Shown in pieces: positions 62,021 to 64,000 of a stretch of DNA of 64,000 nt (its first letter is position 1; every line of letters starts with the position of its first letter). The notes under the pieces are model-generated. The model did no database searches. It was not told the origin of the DNA and saw nothing but the letters and a program-made list of their open reading frames with translations. The position numbers and the translations under genes are program-made. Source of the DNA: Candidatus Zixiibacteriota bacterium (lineage in GTDB: Bacteria > Zixibacteria > MSB-5A5 > SM23-73-2); contig JAUWYR010000008.1 in NCBI GenBank assembly GCA_030615745.1, forward strand, positions 762-64,761, read 5' to 3'.

Positions 62021-62470
62021 CTAAACCACCAAACATACTATATACGAAAAGGAAAGAATTTAATTTAGCCTCACCTTATCACTCTGTCAAGCACTTTTAT
62101 CTTGGTATTTTTGAAAAAAATTCAGGGGAAAATACATGTGCAAATAACTATTTTTGTTCACTGCTGACTAAAGGGGAAAATGCACTAATAAAGCATGCCT
62201 ACACACCTCTTATAATTTAACATTAGAGTGTAAACCTTTAGGTTTACTAAGATGAGTCTTTCCGAATAAAGCTACAAGCTTTAGACTCCAACAGGATTTA
62301 TTCCTTTGGCTCCCTATTACTCTCATCTGTTGAAAGGTTGGACAAAGAGATCTAAGTCAAACAAAAATGCTGTAACGCACAGATTTTTTCCCAAAAGAAC
62401 GCTAATTTTTTCTTCAAACCTGCCGATTAATAAATAATCTCAAATTTTAACTTTTAATCAGGAGGTGTCA

Positions 62471-62692
62471 ATGCTCTGGTGGAGTACTATTCTATTTATC
62501 TTGGGAGTTTTGGCTTTTCTGGATAGTATTTTTAATTACGGTGAGATCTTCAGGCAAGTCAACTCTTTTTTCTTCATGCTCATCTCCCTGGGGATATTGA
62601 TAAGGCTTCGGCATATATTAAGACAAAAACCTGGTTGGGAGTCTGAGAAAGAGAAAACCACAGAAAAGGTAAAAGAAAAAGTGGAGGTTTAA
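62471..62692 (+). CDS. Small two-TM hypothetical protein
   Basis: GGAGG SD, two hydrophobic helices, followed by a terminator. Confidence 0.7.
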   Translation: MLWWSTILFILGVLAFLDSIFNYGEIFRQVNSFFFMLISLGILIRLRHILRQKPGWESEKEKTTEKVKEKVEV

Positions 62693-62710
62693 AGTTAGAA
62701 AAACTCAGAG

Positions 62711-62734
62711 CCCCGCCAAAAGCGGGGTTTTTTT
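62711..62734 (+). terminator. Intrinsic terminator
   Basis: CCCCGC-caaaa-GCGGGG-TTTTTTT. Confidence 0.7.
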
Positions 62735-63512
62735 ATTCGGTTTTTTTCTGGGATTTTGATAGGTCCAGCATTTTGATTCCGGGTGCATATTCGGTTATAA
62801 CAGGCTCGATAATGGAAAGAAGGCTTTTGGTGATCTCTGCTATTTTGAGTGTGCCTTTCTCAATTGCTTTAAGCCTCTGCTCGGTCTTTTGGTCGAGTCT
62901 TTCCTTTTCTCCTAAGATAAGTTGGACATTCCCTAAGATGGCTGTCAAAGGATTGTTGATCTCGTGATTAATTGTAACCGCAACCTGCATTATAGCTGAA
63001 AGCCTCTCAGATTTTATAATCTTTTTTTGCTCTTCATCTTTTTCTGGAATTTTCCAGAATTTAAAAGACGCTAAAGCCAGTTGACTCATTAAAGCTTCTA
63101 AAAAATCCTTTTCAGAAGAGAAATCCCTTCTCCCTTTGCAAAGTCCTGTAATTGCACCTATTATTGTCTTTTCAGACCTGATAGAATAGGAAAAAAGAGT
63201 TTGAGCCACCTCTTTTTCCAAAGAGAATAAGACAAACTCAACCCCAAAATCATCCCTTAAACCTGCAAGTATTTTTTTATCGATCTCTTTAATAAGCAGA
63301 TTCTTCTCAACTGACCCAGATAAAGCTTCGTGTGTTACATTTTTCGCCTCATCCAAAAAGCTCACCAGACCTGACTCTAAGTCCAGAATCTCAACTAACC
63401 TATCCACAGCCTCCTGAGCAATGTCAGCCAAATCATTTGAGCTATTTATTTTTATAGCCAAATTCTTTAAGGCAAGATACTTAAGACGGTATTTTTCCTG
63501 ATTTATATCCAT
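62733..63512 (-). CDS. GAF-like plus HisKA (dimerisation/phospho-acceptor) protein lacking HATPase
   Basis: ERLSAIMQVAVTINHEINNPLTAILG; ends without N/G boxes. Confidence 0.8.
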   Translation of the reverse strand: MDINQEKYRLKYLALKNLAIKINSSNDLADIAQEAVDRLVEILDLESGLVSFLDEAKNVTHEALSGSVEKNLLIKEIDKKILAGLRDDFGVEFVLFSLEKEVAQTLFSYSIRSEKTIIGAITGLCKGRRDFSSEKDFLEALMSQLALASFKFWKIPEKDEEQKKIIKSERLSAIMQVAVTINHEINNPLTAILGNVQLILGEKERLDQKTEQRLKAIEKGTLKIAEITKSLLSIIEPVITEYAPGIKMLDLSKSQKKTE

Positions 63513-64000
63513 TTTCTTCCCAGAAAAAAGTTAGCTAAATTTTAAGAATGCAAAATCTATACCATTGGATTTTATTATAAACTAAAACTTTAAAGATTTA
63601 AATTAACTTTTTGTAATACAATGGAATAGTGAAAGCTAACATCCATCGAAACAAAATTTTATTTCAAGAAGGAAAAAAATAAACTATTTTCCTCTACCAT
63701 GTTTTGACAAGAATATGCAGACCAGTTCACACACGATTCAAAAGGAGACTTCAGTCAATTTATAAAATAGCAAATTTTTGTGAAAAGTCAAGCAGGTTTT
63801 AGAGAATCCCTGTAGATACCAAATACAAATCATACACTTTTTGCCTGCCCGGCCAGGGAGACAAAAAGATTAGGCAACACCCAAGAGAGCAAATTATATT
63901 TTTCAAAAACTGATAACCTTAAACTCTCGAGGAGGTTGCCTATGTGTATCACTCAGTCATTCACTAAAATAATAAAAAAGCAGATGAGATACAACAGATC

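Overview
Bacterial chromosomal window, AT-rich by eye, with bacterial-type rnpB, recJ, guaB and purF; the taxon cannot be fixed from sequence alone. Positions 1-15.5 kb carry a GAF histidine kinase, a REC-PAS-LuxR regulator, a MATE pump, a nitroreductase, a STAS protein, a tricorn-like protease, two broken genes and two glycosyltransferase-like genes. Positions 15.8-53.5 kb form a nearly all minus-strand cluster for branched-chain amino acid and acyl-CoA metabolism: ilvE, 2 LeuDH-like genes, 2 ptb, 2 buk, 3 acyl-CoA dehydrogenases, MCC, LiuC, PCC, epimerase, an MCM and an ICM-type mutase, MeaB, and an archaeal-type HMG-CoA synthase/thiolase/DUF35 trio with no HMG-CoA lyase in the window. The remainder holds recJ, RNase P RNA, hicB with a frameshifted hicA, guaB, two tRNAs, an NtrC-type regulator and purF. 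The most unusual signals are: (1) accessory cassettes (MNT-HEPN, a PD-(D/E)xK nuclease, a REP-only insert) that sit between a vestigial and an intact copy of a host gene's 5' end, seen three times; (2) a four-helix-bundle (23S IVS protein-like) gene enclosed by inverted heptamer arrays inside an mRNA operon, plus many solo heptamer arrays that start at or next to stop codons; (3) two LeuDH paralogs with reciprocal active-site lysine losses, one substituted at the positions used to engineer amine dehydrogenases; (4) dense, partly nested REP-like palindromes. All functional calls come from motif recognition by eye; no searches were run.
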